DNA of 55,740 nt from Candidatus Micrarchaeota archaeon (GCA_023270055.1 JAGDYB010000012.1:1-55740); one strand, 5' to 3'; shown: positions 35,668 to 45,226, counted from the stretch's first letter. Numbers and translations are program-made. Notes: generated by a model from the sequence alone, not told the origin.

Positions 35668-37899
35668 GTGCAGGAGGAAACTAATGCAGTGCTGAAAATT
35701 GCGCTCGGGCTTTTTGACATGGACAAGCTCAGTATAAACGACGATGAGCTTTCTAAAAGGCTTGTTGAAGGGCTGAGGAGCGTGAATGGCATAGATGACG
35801 CAAAGCTCAAGCTTGTGCTGCAGAAGAAAGAGGAGCTGTTGCCGCTCGAGGAATACGCAATAAACATGGCAAAACAATATAGGGATAACAGGCTCAGCAG
35901 CTACTCCGAATTTGGGGACCTCGTAAGCTATTACAACCAAGGTTACAAGAGCAGCATGGTCATACCAATCATTGCCATAGGTAAGAGGGTAGGCGTCATA
36001 ACGCTGCTTTCAAGAAAGGAGGAATATTTCTCAGACGAACTCGCCAGCTACCTAAACATAGCAGTGCAGCTGTTTGGCTTGCAGCTGATGAACAGAGAGG
36101 AGAATGCAAAAAATGTAAGCCTTGCAAAATACTTTGATGCGGCGTTTAATGCAGCTGTTCCGCAGCTTATCGTTGACAGGAAGGGTTATGTTGTAAAGGC
36201 AAACAAATCGGCAAACATGCTCGGGATTGCAGCGAAAGCGCTCTCTGGTATGAATATCAAGGAGATACTGGACATCGATTCTAACATGCTTGAAACGCTT
36301 AAGAATGGGGTTGTCGGCACGGTGCGTTCGACAAATGATCCGTTCAGGATTTTTGCTGTATCGCAGAACAGCGTAAACGAAAACGTGATGCATGTCGTCA
36401 TTAACGAGATAACAGATAAAAAAATAATCGAGGAGCAGAAGGCAATGCTCGCAAGGCTCAACAACGTCTTCCTTATGCTCGACAACAATACCACCATAAT
36501 CGCCGTAGAGGGCAATCCGGATTTGGTAATGAAGTCGGGCAGGGAATCACTGCTAGGAAGGAAGCTTGCTGACATGATAAAGGACAAAGAGGCGTTTGGC
36601 AAGCTTGTCGAAACCGCAAGATCCGGAGGTGGCTCAGGCGAATTTACCATGCTACTTGACAACAATATTAGCATTGACACCAAGATAGACATATTCAAAA
36701 ACGGGGTATACGGCATTTCTTGCATAGTTTCACCCTTGTACTACGAAAGGTACACAAAACGCCTGGAGGAGAATATCGATGACATTATCAAGAGCTCCAG
36801 CGACATAATAATCATAATCGACCAGTTCGGATATGTGAAGAGGGTAAACAAGAGCACGCTAGATATGCTCGGTTATAACGAGCAAGAGATTGTAGGCACG
36901 GCAATATCTTCTCTCTACTACGCAGATGCTGCGCAGAAGATAGAGAACGCAATGTCAATGGCAAAGCAGAATGGCAACGTGTCAAACTTGTTCATGAACA
37001 TGAAGAGGAACGGCACCGATGAAGTAGTGCCGTTCGAGCAGAGCGTACGTAAACTTGTGAACGAGGGCAACGAGCTCTCCGGATACATGATAGTCGGAAG
37101 GGAGCTCGCGACAAAGAGGGTTATAAGCAGGATGGAGGACGAGATAGAAAGAATAACGCGTGATGCGGAAAAATTCAAAAGCGAGAGTGATCTTAAAACG
37201 CAGTTCATATACAACATTTCGCATGACCTGAAGACGCCGATAACAAACATAAAGGGCTTTTCGAAGCTTCTGTACAATGGCGACTTTGGCGAGCTAAATG
37301 GCGAACAGAAGAACTACCTGCAGATAATAGCCGACGAAGCGGACAGGCTTCTCTCGCTGATACAGCAGATTCTCGACGTTGCAAAGCTCTCGTCTGGCAA
37401 GATCAAGCTTGACATGCAGCAGGTTGATATAAAGAAGCTCGTAGAGAATCCTAGCATAACCGCGCTCAAGGAGGTGGCTGAAGGCAAGGGCTTGATGTTC
37501 GGGCTTAACGTTGAATACAATTTGCCAACGGTAACGGCTGACCCGAACAGGCTAATACAGGTTTTTGTAAACCTCATAAACAACGCGATAAAATTCACTG
37601 AAAAAGGTAGCATAATGCTGAACATATACAAGAAGGGGAAGAGCATAAGGGTGGAGGTCAAGGACACAGGCATAGGCATAAGCAAGGAGGAACAGAGGCG
37701 GCTCTTCAGGAAATTCTACCAGGTGCAGCACAAGGGCCTCGTGAAGCAGGAGGGGGCGGGCACCGGCTTGGGGCTCTCGATAGCAAAGGAGATAATAAAC
37801 CTCCACGGCGGCAAGATAGGCATTGTTTCAGAGCTGGGCAAGGGAAGCACATTCTGGTTCACAATACCGCTGATAAGCAGGAAAAAGGGAAAACAGTAA
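35668..37899 (+). CDS. Cytoplasmic sensor histidine kinase (GAF-PAS-PAS-PAS-HisKA-HATPase)
   Basis: H-box 'ISHDLKTPITNI', N-box 'QVFVNLINNAIKF', G1 'DTGIGI', G2 'GTGLGL'; PAS motifs 'IVDRKG.V..AN' and 'IIDQFG.V..VN'; GAF-like 'GYKSSMVIPI...GVITL'; no TM helix. Confidence 0.93.
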   Translation: MQEETNAVLKIALGLFDMDKLSINDDELSKRLVEGLRSVNGIDDAKLKLVLQKKEELLPLEEYAINMAKQYRDNRLSSYSEFGDLVSYYNQGYKSSMVIPIIAIGKRVGVITLLSRKEEYFSDELASYLNIAVQLFGLQLMNREENAKNVSLAKYFDAAFNAAVPQLIVDRKGYVVKANKSANMLGIAAKALSGMNIKEILDIDSNMLETLKNGVVGTVRSTNDPFRIFAVSQNSVNENVMHVVINEITDKKIIEEQKAMLARLNNVFLMLDNNTTIIAVEGNPDLVMKSGRESLLGRKLADMIKDKEAFGKLVETARSGGGSGEFTMLLDNNISIDTKIDIFKNGVYGISCIVSPLYYERYTKRLEENIDDIIKSSSDIIIIIDQFGYVKRVNKSTLDMLGYNEQEIVGTAISSLYYADAAQKIENAMSMAKQNGNVSNLFMNMKRNGTDEVVPFEQSVRKLVNEGNELSGYMIVGRELATKRVISRMEDEIERITRDAEKFKSESDLKTQFIYNISHDLKTPITNIKGFSKLLYNGDFGELNGEQKNYLQIIADEADRLLSLIQQILDVAKLSSGKIKLDMQQVDIKKLVENPSITALKEVAEGKGLMFGLNVEYNLPTVTADPNRLIQVFVNLINNAIKFTEKGSIMLNIYKKGKSIRVEVKDTGIGISKEEQRRLFRKFYQVQHKGLVKQEGAGTGLGLSIAKEIINLHGGKIGIVSELGKGSTFWFTIPLISRKKGKQ

Positions 37900-37916
37900 C
37901 TTTCATGAGCGCATCT

Positions 37917-38249
37917 TCAGAACATCCTCGAGCCAAGGGGCGCATCCTTGTCAGGAACTAGCAGAATCACGTTACCGCCTGAATCCGGAACGCCAAGGAC
38001 AAGCACCTCGCTTTCAAAGCCTTTTACCTTTTTCGGCGGCAAGTTGACCACGGCTATGATTTTCTTTCCAAGCAAATCATCGGGCTTGTAGTTTGCCACG
38101 TGCGCACTTGATCTCTTTAGCCCAATTTCAGTGCCGAAATCTATAAGCAGTTTGTATGATGGCACCCTCGTGCCTGGAAAGTCTTCGACACCTATTATCT
38201 TTCCTACCCTTATGTCGGCTTTCTCGAAATCGGAAAAGCTTATTTCCAT
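37917..38249 (-). CDS. csaA: CsaA/Trbp111-type tRNA-binding OB-fold protein
   Basis: 'F.DF.K.DIRVG.I', 'YKL.IDFG.EIG.K.SSA', 'VVNLPPK...GF.SEVLVLG'. Confidence 0.88.
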   Translation of the reverse strand: MEISFSDFEKADIRVGKIIGVEDFPGTRVPSYKLLIDFGTEIGLKRSSAHVANYKPDDLLGKKIIAVVNLPPKKVKGFESEVLVLGVPDSGGNVILLVPDKDAPLGSRMF

Positions 38250-38258
38250 AAGCCGCAC

Positions 38259-39290
38259 TCAAGATTTTGGCACATACGGTATGTATGCGCCGCAGAAGTT
38301 CTGTATGCTTGACTGGAAGTTATACGCTGAATTTATTATTGTAAAGTTCAGACCGTAGTATATGCCCTCGAATTTCATCGAAACCACCGGCGCAACGCTG
38401 TTTGAAAGATTCAAGATCAACGTTGCTGCGGGCCCGGTTGTATACTTAGAATGCGATATGGTTGAATATGTAACGTTGTACATGCCATTGCTCATTTTTG
38501 TTACGGTAACATTTACAGTTCTGGGTGTAGCCAAAGATACATTGGCAAATGTGCTTTGACCTGAAGGAGCTACGTTTGTGTATTTCTCGTAAGTAAGATT
38601 GTATATGCTTGCATTGCATGCGGTATCCTTTTCGTAGAGCTGCTTGTAGTTGTTCATCAATACGCCAAGCTTTGTTTCTGAAGCTATCGTCAATGCTTGC
38701 TGCAAAGGCGCTGAAGCGTTTATTGTCGTGGTTGAAGTAGACGTAGTAGATGTTGAAGTAGAAGTAACTATCTTTATGGTGCTGTTCTTGTATGTGCTTT
38801 GTTGAATAAAATCTGGCGCAGGTATTAACGATATTCCGCTGCTCTGAGGCACCTTGTTGAATAGCGGGATCTTTGTAAGCACAACGCTTACGCCGCTGGT
38901 CCCTGTTGACAAGAGCTTTATGTTCAGATCAGCTATGTTGCTGCCTGTTGTACTTACATTAAGCGAAGAGCCTTCCGGAATGTTCAGAACCTTGACTGCG
39001 CTTGTGAGTACCGGAAGTGACGTAAGATAGAATGAAGCGCCGGATTGCGAGAAATTCTTAAGCATAAGGGAATATTCGCCGCTGACCGAAGCTATGGAAA
39101 AGGATATGCTGCCGTTTGCAGGTATGTCAAAAGTCCTGTTGTAGAGCAGTATGACCCTGCTGCTCATTGTAGACCATTCGTAAACAGTAAAAATTATCAA
39201 CGCTATAAATGCCAAAAGCAGTATAATTCTCGGCCAGTTTGGCTTAAAATGCTTTTGCGGAGGGGTTGGTTTTCTTTTTTTAGCATCCAT
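38259..39290 (-). CDS. Membrane-anchored, probably glycosylated surface protein with a Ser/Thr linker
   Basis: Basic N-terminus plus one TM helix; many N-x-S/T sequons; TSTSTSTTSTSTTT linker. Confidence 0.7.
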   Translation of the reverse strand: MDAKKRKPTPPQKHFKPNWPRIILLLAFIALIIFTVYEWSTMSSRVILLYNRTFDIPANGSISFSIASVSGEYSLMLKNFSQSGASFYLTSLPVLTSAVKVLNIPEGSSLNVSTTGSNIADLNIKLLSTGTSGVSVVLTKIPLFNKVPQSSGISLIPAPDFIQQSTYKNSTIKIVTSTSTSTTSTSTTTINASAPLQQALTIASETKLGVLMNNYKQLYEKDTACNASIYNLTYEKYTNVAPSGQSTFANVSLATPRTVNVTVTKMSNGMYNVTYSTISHSKYTTGPAATLILNLSNSVAPVVSMKFEGIYYGLNFTIINSAYNFQSSIQNFCGAYIPYVPKS

Positions 39291-39442
39291 TTTATCATTA
39301 TTTTATTGCTAATAAAATTATAAAAATTGATTGCATCAGCGCTGACGTGCGCGAATTGTTTTTTATGTTGTAATGCGGGCACCAAGGCAAGAGCAGAAAA
39401 GTTAATATCCTTTGCATGCCAAATAAGCTTAGGGCGATTGGT

Positions 39443-40627
39443 ATGGTAGAGGATGTCAAGTCTGCGATTCTTTCTCTTATAAATGAAAAACAGCAGGCTA
39501 CGTACAACGAGCTGCTCAACGAGGCAACATCTACGCTTGGCATAGACGAGGAAACGCTAAAGCAGAACATAGCGCAGTTGGAGCACGCAAATGCAATAGC
39601 TTCAAGAAATACAGGGGGGATATTAACTTATTATGTGCTGCAGGATGAGGCGCAGCTCAGAAAAGTGATAATAGTAGAGGACGACAAGAACATAAACAAA
39701 CTTATGGCGCTTTCAATAGGCAAAGGATTCGAGATAACGCAGGTTTATGATGGAAGGGAAGCAATGAAACTTATCAGGGAGAAAAAGCCGGATCTTGCAA
39801 TACTTGATCTTATGCTCCCTGGCGTAGATGGGCTTGATATATGCCAAACGGTAAAAAGCGATCCTGATCTGCGCAATACGATCGTCATAATTGTGAGCGC
39901 CATGGATGCCACCTCAAACAGATTCAAGGGCATAAAGTATGGTGCTGACTACTACATTAAGAAGCCGTTTGACCCGGAGGAACTGAAATCGCTTGTAACG
40001 ATATTTCTTAAGAAAAAAGGCAAGAGATTCGACCCGCTCATAGACTTGCCAAATGAGGACAAAATATCTAAGGCAGTTGAGAAGGCCGTAGGAAGTGGCA
40101 GCAACTACGAGATAGGCAGGCTGAAGGTTGAAGGTCTTGCCGAATTCTCGAGCAGATTCGGCTCTGGCTCAGGCATAACTATACTCAGGCTTGTTTCGCA
40201 ACTGCTGCAGGACAAGATAAAGGAAACGGGGAACAGCATATTTGTCGGCTTCCTTGACAGCGACGATTTTGTAATTGCTGGCGACAAAAGCACCTCTAAA
40301 AAATTCGTGGAAGAAATAAGGGATGAATTCAACGCCGTGCTGCCGTTCATATACCAAAGCGAGGGTTATAAGCCCATCGAGCTCGGCATAGAGGATATGT
40401 ATGATGCGGAAAAGCCAAGGCTCTCGATATCCTACGCGGCAATAGAGAAGGAATCGCTGATAAAGAAAAGGGAGGAGATACTTAAGAGCAAAGGCAATGG
40501 CAAGGACATAGGAGCTTACACATACGAGGAGCTCAGGCGCATGCTCGGCAGCGACAATTTAGACATAACAATAACAAGAGATCCTACGGGAATAAAGCTC
40601 TCGGTTGGCAAATCGCCAGACGAATAA
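39443..40627 (+). CDS. Response regulator: wHTH + REC + degenerate GGDEF-like domain
   Basis: REC motifs 'VEDD', 'PDLAILDLMLPGVDG', 'SA', 'GADYYIKKPF'; GGDEF-like 'DPLIDLPN', 'F...FG...G..IL', 'GFLDSDDFVI'; N-terminal wHTH-like segment. 39416 is an alternative start. Confidence 0.85.
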   Translation: MVEDVKSAILSLINEKQQATYNELLNEATSTLGIDEETLKQNIAQLEHANAIASRNTGGILTYYVLQDEAQLRKVIIVEDDKNINKLMALSIGKGFEITQVYDGREAMKLIREKKPDLAILDLMLPGVDGLDICQTVKSDPDLRNTIVIIVSAMDATSNRFKGIKYGADYYIKKPFDPEELKSLVTIFLKKKGKRFDPLIDLPNEDKISKAVEKAVGSGSNYEIGRLKVEGLAEFSSRFGSGSGITILRLVSQLLQDKIKETGNSIFVGFLDSDDFVIAGDKSTSKKFVEEIRDEFNAVLPFIYQSEGYKPIELGIEDMYDAEKPRLSISYAAIEKESLIKKREEILKSKGNGKDIGAYTYEELRRMLGSDNLDITITRDPTGIKLSVGKSPDE

Positions 40628-40633
40628 GTATGA

Positions 40634-40981
40634 TTATTTTCTGTGTGCCTTTGCACCCTTCTTTGAAGGTACCTTCTTGACGGTGCGAGCGCTTGCCTTA
40701 CGCGTTTTGCGGCCGCTCTTCTGAGTAGCAGAAGATTTCCTGCTTGTGGCTGCTCTGCTTTTTGTTTTTGGTGCTGCCTGCCTGCTGACAGGCTGTCCTT
40801 CGCTTATCGATTCGGCATTGTTCAAAAGGTCGCTCGCATGCTTTTCTTCAGATGGCAGTGTTTCGCTTGTGCTGTAAAGCAGTGCCTGATCTTCTATATT
40901 GCCACGCTTGAGTATTTCCATAAGCTCTTGTGTCTTCTTGAACCTTTCCAACTTGTCGTTTTTTGATTCTTTTTTTGCCAA
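40634..40981 (-). CDS. Hypothetical protein with a Lys/Arg/Ala/Ser-rich basic tail
   Basis: TTG start after GGTG; C-terminal KTKSRAATSRKSSATQKSGRKTRKASARTVKK... Confidence 0.6.
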   Translation of the reverse strand: MAKKESKNDKLERFKKTQELMEILKRGNIEDQALLYSTSETLPSEEKHASDLLNNAESISEGQPVSRQAAPKTKSRAATSRKSSATQKSGRKTRKASARTVKKVPSKKGAKAHRK

Positions 40982-41045
40982 ACAAGCACCGGCTTAATAT
41001 ATTGAATAGCATAGATTTAAATAATTAGCGGAAGAAAGGCAGCGG

Positions 41046-42146
41046 TCATTGATGTATAAACTTTGAAACCAATTCTTCTTCTGCAATCAGCCTTTTGTCC
41101 TTGACCATTTCTTGATATTTCCACTGCAAGTCAAATATCCTGTTTGCATCATCAAGGCTTATTCCGCTGCCAACGCCCCTGCACAACAACTCTATATCAC
41201 TTGCAAGCTTTTCGGAAGTGTTTGGTCCTTTTGGCTCGCCACTGAGGAGCACGCCACCGCTTTGATCAATAACCTTCCAGCTTCCCCTCTTATCGGTAAC
41301 GAACTCTGTCTCAGAATCTACGAAGTTGAGTACTAGGCTTTTTCCTGAATCGAACCTGAAAATCATACTCTTTTCCGCAAGATTCTTTGGAAGCCCCTTT
41401 GCTATTTTGACATCTACCTTTACGTTCTCCGCAAAGTATTTGCCATTTATTGTCAGCATTGCGTGTATGCCGGTGGGATTTGCGGCGTCGTACTTCTGGT
41501 TCACAACAAACAGTTCAACATCGTTAAGCTTCATGTCTGACGCCATGCTGCCTTTGTAGTAAAGCTCGAATGGATGCACCCAGTCCATGAAAAGGCTGCC
41601 GTTCGACATTGAGAATAGCCACTTGCTGCGCCTAGCATCCTCCTCGTTCTCCGCTTCAAAAAATTTTGCTGAAGTGTATGTTATCTTTCCGTATTCTGAT
41701 GTAAATCTATCGAGCAGGCTAGGCAGTTCTATCGCCAGGATCTTGCTTAAATAGTGAAGGTGCAAGTACAGCTTGCCTTCAAGCTTGTTTTTACGTGCAT
41801 AATCGACCACGGAATCGAACTCGGCTTTGTTTACGCCGAATGTTTTTTCCACAACCGCTATTTTGCCTTTGGACAGCGCCTGTAGCGCCTGCTCTGCATG
41901 AAACTCGTTTGGATCGGAGATGTAAACTACATCAACATCTTCGAAGAAGTTTTCATCCATAGGAGAATGAGATGCAACGACAAAATAGTTTTCCCTTGAG
42001 ATGCCAAGCTTTTCCAGAAGTTCAGCCTTGCTTTCGTAGGGACTAGCGGCTGCGGCCTTGACAACCGCTATGTTTCCATTCTTTGACAATCCAGGGTAAA
42101 GCCTTTTGAACCAGTGGCCCAAGCCTATAGCAGCAAGCTTATACAT
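41046..42146 (-). CDS. Gfo/Idh/MocA-family oxidoreductase with G6PDH-like motifs
   Basis: Rossmann 'AAIGLGHW', 'DVVYI..PN..H', 'VEKT'; 'LHYLSK'; 'MDWVH'. Start moved to the ATG at 42146, just after the gnd stop. Confidence 0.8.
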   Translation of the reverse strand: MYKLAAIGLGHWFKRLYPGLSKNGNIAVVKAAAASPYESKAELLEKLGISRENYFVVASHSPMDENFFEDVDVVYISDPNEFHAEQALQALSKGKIAVVEKTFGVNKAEFDSVVDYARKNKLEGKLYLHLHYLSKILAIELPSLLDRFTSEYGKITYTSAKFFEAENEEDARRSKWLFSMSNGSLFMDWVHPFELYYKGSMASDMKLNDVELFVVNQKYDAANPTGIHAMLTINGKYFAENVKVDVKIAKGLPKNLAEKSMIFRFDSGKSLVLNFVDSETEFVTDKRGSWKVIDQSGGVLLSGEPKGPNTSEKLASDIELLCRGVGSGISLDDANRIFDLQWKYQEMVKDKRLIAEEELVSKFIHQ

Positions 42147-42150
42147 GCGG

Positions 42151-43056
42151 TCAAGCCTTTTTAACCTCGTGCCCGCCAAATTCCTGACGTAGCGCCGCCA
42201 GCAGACGCCTGCCAAACCTGTATTCAGATCTCGACGAAAATCTTTCATACAACGAGTGTGTTATTGCCGTGAACGGCACGCCATACTCTATGGCAGACTG
42301 GATTGCCCACCTTCCTTCTCCGGTATCCGCAACAAACGGGGCTATCGAAGACAACTTTGAATCCTTCTTGAGGGCACGCTCGGCAAGCTCGATCAAATAG
42401 CCGCGTATCACCGAACCATTGTTCCACACGTGGCACAGCCCCCTCATGTCTATGTCTTTGTAGGGCCCCTCCTTTACGAGCTCAAGCCCCTCGGCAATTG
42501 ATTCCATCATGCCGTATTCTATGGCATTATGCACCATCTTGACAAAATGCCCCGAACCTGCAGGGCCTATATACGCGTATCCCTCGGGCACGCTTAGATC
42601 CTTGAATAGGCTCTCGGTATATTCGAAGGTATCCCTCTCCCCGCCTACCATTATAGACATGCCATTCAGCGCGCCGCTTGGGCCGCCACTGCAGCCCGCA
42701 TCTAAGTATTTTATGCCTTTTTCTGCGGCAAGATCGTGTAGTTCCCTTGAATCCTTGTAAAACGAGTTTGATCCGTCTATTATTATGTCATCCTTGTCAA
42801 GGATGCCGACCAGCTTTGAAACATATTCCTTGGTAACTTCGCCAGCGGGAAGCATTACCCACACCATACGTGGCTGTTGCAGCTTACTTTTGAAATCTGA
42901 AAGCGAATCAACTGCCACGGCTCCACGCTTGACAACCTCGTCGACAGGCGGCTTTGACCTATTGTATGCAAGCACCGTATAACCTTTGCCGATAAGGTTA
43001 AGTGCTATATTCTTCCCCATTTTTCCTAGTCCAACTATTCCCAAAGTTTTCTCCAT
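42151..43056 (-). CDS. gnd: 6-phosphogluconate dehydrogenase (decarboxylating, short type)
   Basis: 'GLGKMG', 'MLPAG', 'IDGSNS', 'SGGPSGA', 'GHFVKMVHNAIEYG', 'SVIR', 'DTGEGRW', 'LRQEFGGH'. Confidence 0.95.
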   Translation of the reverse strand: MEKTLGIVGLGKMGKNIALNLIGKGYTVLAYNRSKPPVDEVVKRGAVAVDSLSDFKSKLQQPRMVWVMLPAGEVTKEYVSKLVGILDKDDIIIDGSNSFYKDSRELHDLAAEKGIKYLDAGCSGGPSGALNGMSIMVGGERDTFEYTESLFKDLSVPEGYAYIGPAGSGHFVKMVHNAIEYGMMESIAEGLELVKEGPYKDIDMRGLCHVWNNGSVIRGYLIELAERALKKDSKLSSIAPFVADTGEGRWAIQSAIEYGVPFTAITHSLYERFSSRSEYRFGRRLLAALRQEFGGHEVKKA

Positions 43057-43153
43057 TTTTCTCCCCAAATTAGAATCAGAAATAATATGCTATAAAAAGT
43101 AATATAAAATGTGATTTTCAAAAATTAACTGTGGGGTATATTGAGGGTATTTA

Positions 43154-44038
43154 ATGGGATGGGATGCAGTCATAGGGAGTGCTGGTTCCGAGGATATCGC
43201 AAAGGGTATAGCGAACAGTTTGGGTATCGACTATGCAAGCATGGAAATTATAAAATTTAAAGACGGTGAATTCAAGGTCAGGCTTGGCCATGGATTTGAA
43301 GGCAAAAACTTGATCTTCGTGCACAGGCTGTTTCCCGATCCATCGCAGAAAATGCTCGAACTCATTATATCGTGCAGAGCCATGAAAAATGAAAACGCGC
43401 ATGTTCATGCCGTATTGCCGTACATGAGCTACGCCAGGCAGGACAAGGAGTTTGTAAATGGCGAGGTAGTCACATTGCGCGTGCTTGCACAAGTGCTCAG
43501 GGAAGCGGGTGTTGATGAAATAACGACGGTAGATATACACAGCGCTGAGGGGCTTAAACTTTTTGACATGAAGGTTAACAATCGTTCGGCCATGCCTGTG
43601 CTTGCGCAATATGCAAAATCGCTGAAGCTCGACAATGTGCTTGTGGCATCACCTGATTATGGAGGGATAGAACGCTCTCGGGAGTTTGCAAGAGAGATCG
43701 GCGCCGAAGCTGTGGCGTTTGAAAAATTCAGGGACAGGAACACAGGAGAAATAAGCATGAATGACATTGATATCGATGCAAGTGGCAAAAATGTTTTCGT
43801 GATAGATGATATGATAGCAACAGGGGGTAGCATAGCAAAAGTCTCAACGCTGCTAAAAAAGCATGGTGCAAAGAAGGTGATTGCGATTGCCACGCACGGC
43901 CTTCTTGTTGACAATGCAGAAGAGAGAATTCTCGGCGCTGGCGCTGATGAAATAATAACTACTAACACCATATTGAACCCGCATAGCAAAGTTGATATTG
44001 CACCACTGCTATACGAATCCCTCAAAAAAGAGGCATAA
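43154..44038 (+). CDS. prs: Ribose-phosphate pyrophosphokinase
   Basis: 'F.DGE', 'PYMSYARQDK', 'VDIH', 'SPDYGG', 'IDDMIATGGS', 'THG', 'TNTI'. Confidence 0.95.
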   Translation: MGWDAVIGSAGSEDIAKGIANSLGIDYASMEIIKFKDGEFKVRLGHGFEGKNLIFVHRLFPDPSQKMLELIISCRAMKNENAHVHAVLPYMSYARQDKEFVNGEVVTLRVLAQVLREAGVDEITTVDIHSAEGLKLFDMKVNNRSAMPVLAQYAKSLKLDNVLVASPDYGGIERSREFAREIGAEAVAFEKFRDRNTGEISMNDIDIDASGKNVFVIDDMIATGGSIAKVSTLLKKHGAKKVIAIATHGLLVDNAEERILGAGADEIITTNTILNPHSKVDIAPLLYESLKKEA

Positions 44039-44041
44039 GCA

Positions 44042-44452
44042 TCAAACTATTCTTGAGACGCGCGCAAATCTGTGGCCCTTAGCCTTTAGTTCTATCTCGT
44101 AGAACCAGCCAAATGCCAACTTGCTTACTTTATATTCCTTGGAAAGGGAATCGTATAGCGCGTTAATGCCAGAGCGAGCGAAATTCTCTGAAGAAAGTTC
44201 CGCAAACATATGCGCAAATGGATTCAGGATTATGGTGTCTACGCCGACGTTGCCTGCAATCTTCCTTATCTCCCTTGCGCCTTCTTCCACGCTCGCTTCA
44301 AGGCCGCGCGATTCGTCTGACTTCTCGAAGCTCAGGAAAACAAGAAGGGCGGTGGCCGTTTCCACGCTCGATGCTTCCTCGCTTACTGTTGATCGACCTT
44401 TCTCTTGCGGCTTTGCCTTGAAATAGTCAACATGCCATGCCATGAATCGCAT
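44042..44452 (-). CDS. Free-standing archaeal threonyl-tRNA synthetase editing domain
   Basis: 'MR...H.DY', 'EK.DE', 'PFAH', 'FGWF', 'KGH....SR.' match the archaeal ThrRS N-terminal editing domain; no catalytic domain. Confidence 0.85.
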   Translation of the reverse strand: MRFMAWHVDYFKAKPQEKGRSTVSEEASSVETATALLVFLSFEKSDESRGLEASVEEGAREIRKIAGNVGVDTIILNPFAHMFAELSSENFARSGINALYDSLSKEYKVSKLAFGWFYEIELKAKGHRFARVSRIV

Positions 44453-44456
44453 GCTT

Positions 44457-45149
44457 TCATCTCATGAGCTTTACGAAGCGGAAGTGCACGTCTCCTTCAG
44501 AAACCATTTTGGCGCGATCCATGTCAAGCATCATTTCGCGGTATTGCTCGCTTTTTGTTGCAACAAACACAAGATCGCGTATGCCTAGATTCTTCGTAGC
44601 AATCTCCAAATCTGGCTTTGCCTCGTCCAGCGTTAATGAATGCACAAAATATGTGCCGTTCATTTCGCCTTTTATCTCGCTTGTCAGCTCGTCATACCTG
44701 TATTCATTGGGCCTTGTGTAGGCAAGCATGTGCTCGCCCTTGCTTTCTGGCACCGGATTCCTGTTAAGATCATAAAGTTCTGACGTAATCTTTATCTCGC
44801 CTGCCATGCTGTGCAGAAGCTCAACCTGCAACTTCTCGTTCAGCTGCTCAAGCTCGGCCCTGCTGCTGAATTTCTTGTCGGCAAACTGGCTTACAAGCGA
44901 ATTGTATACGCTGTCGCTTACAGTGATCTTGCCGGAAAGCACCGAATTCACGACATTCATAGCGCCGCAATCAGTGTGCGCAACAAGCCTTATTTCGCTT
45001 ACGTTGTTGTCGTTTATTAGGCGCCTTATGGTGCTCTTTAGCCCGTTCACGTTTGCGCCAGCGTTTCTCAGTATTACCGTATCGTTATCCACGTATGTAT
45101 CAAGGTAGGAATTTAGTCTCCTGTCCATGCAGCTTATTACAAGCTTCAT
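44457..45149 (-). CDS. Beta-class carbonic anhydrase-like protein
   Basis: 'SCMDRR', 'RNAG' and 'HTDCG' Zn ligands; GGTGA RBS before the ATG at 45149; extra C-terminal domain. Confidence 0.8.
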   Translation of the reverse strand: MKLVISCMDRRLNSYLDTYVDNDTVILRNAGANVNGLKSTIRRLINDNNVSEIRLVAHTDCGAMNVVNSVLSGKITVSDSVYNSLVSQFADKKFSSRAELEQLNEKLQVELLHSMAGEIKITSELYDLNRNPVPESKGEHMLAYTRPNEYRYDELTSEIKGEMNGTYFVHSLTLDEAKPDLEIATKNLGIRDLVFVATKSEQYREMMLDMDRAKMVSEGDVHFRFVKLMR

Positions 45150-45226
45150 CTGCTCACCATGCTTTGATTTTTCAAGACTCAAATATATGTGCAAATAAAC
45201 TTAAAATAATTGTTTAGGACTTCGAA

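Noticed and set aside
42147-42248. N-terminal extension of the Gfo/Idh/MocA ORF
   Set aside because: It overlaps the gnd 3' end; the Rossmann motif starts right after the ATG at 42146.
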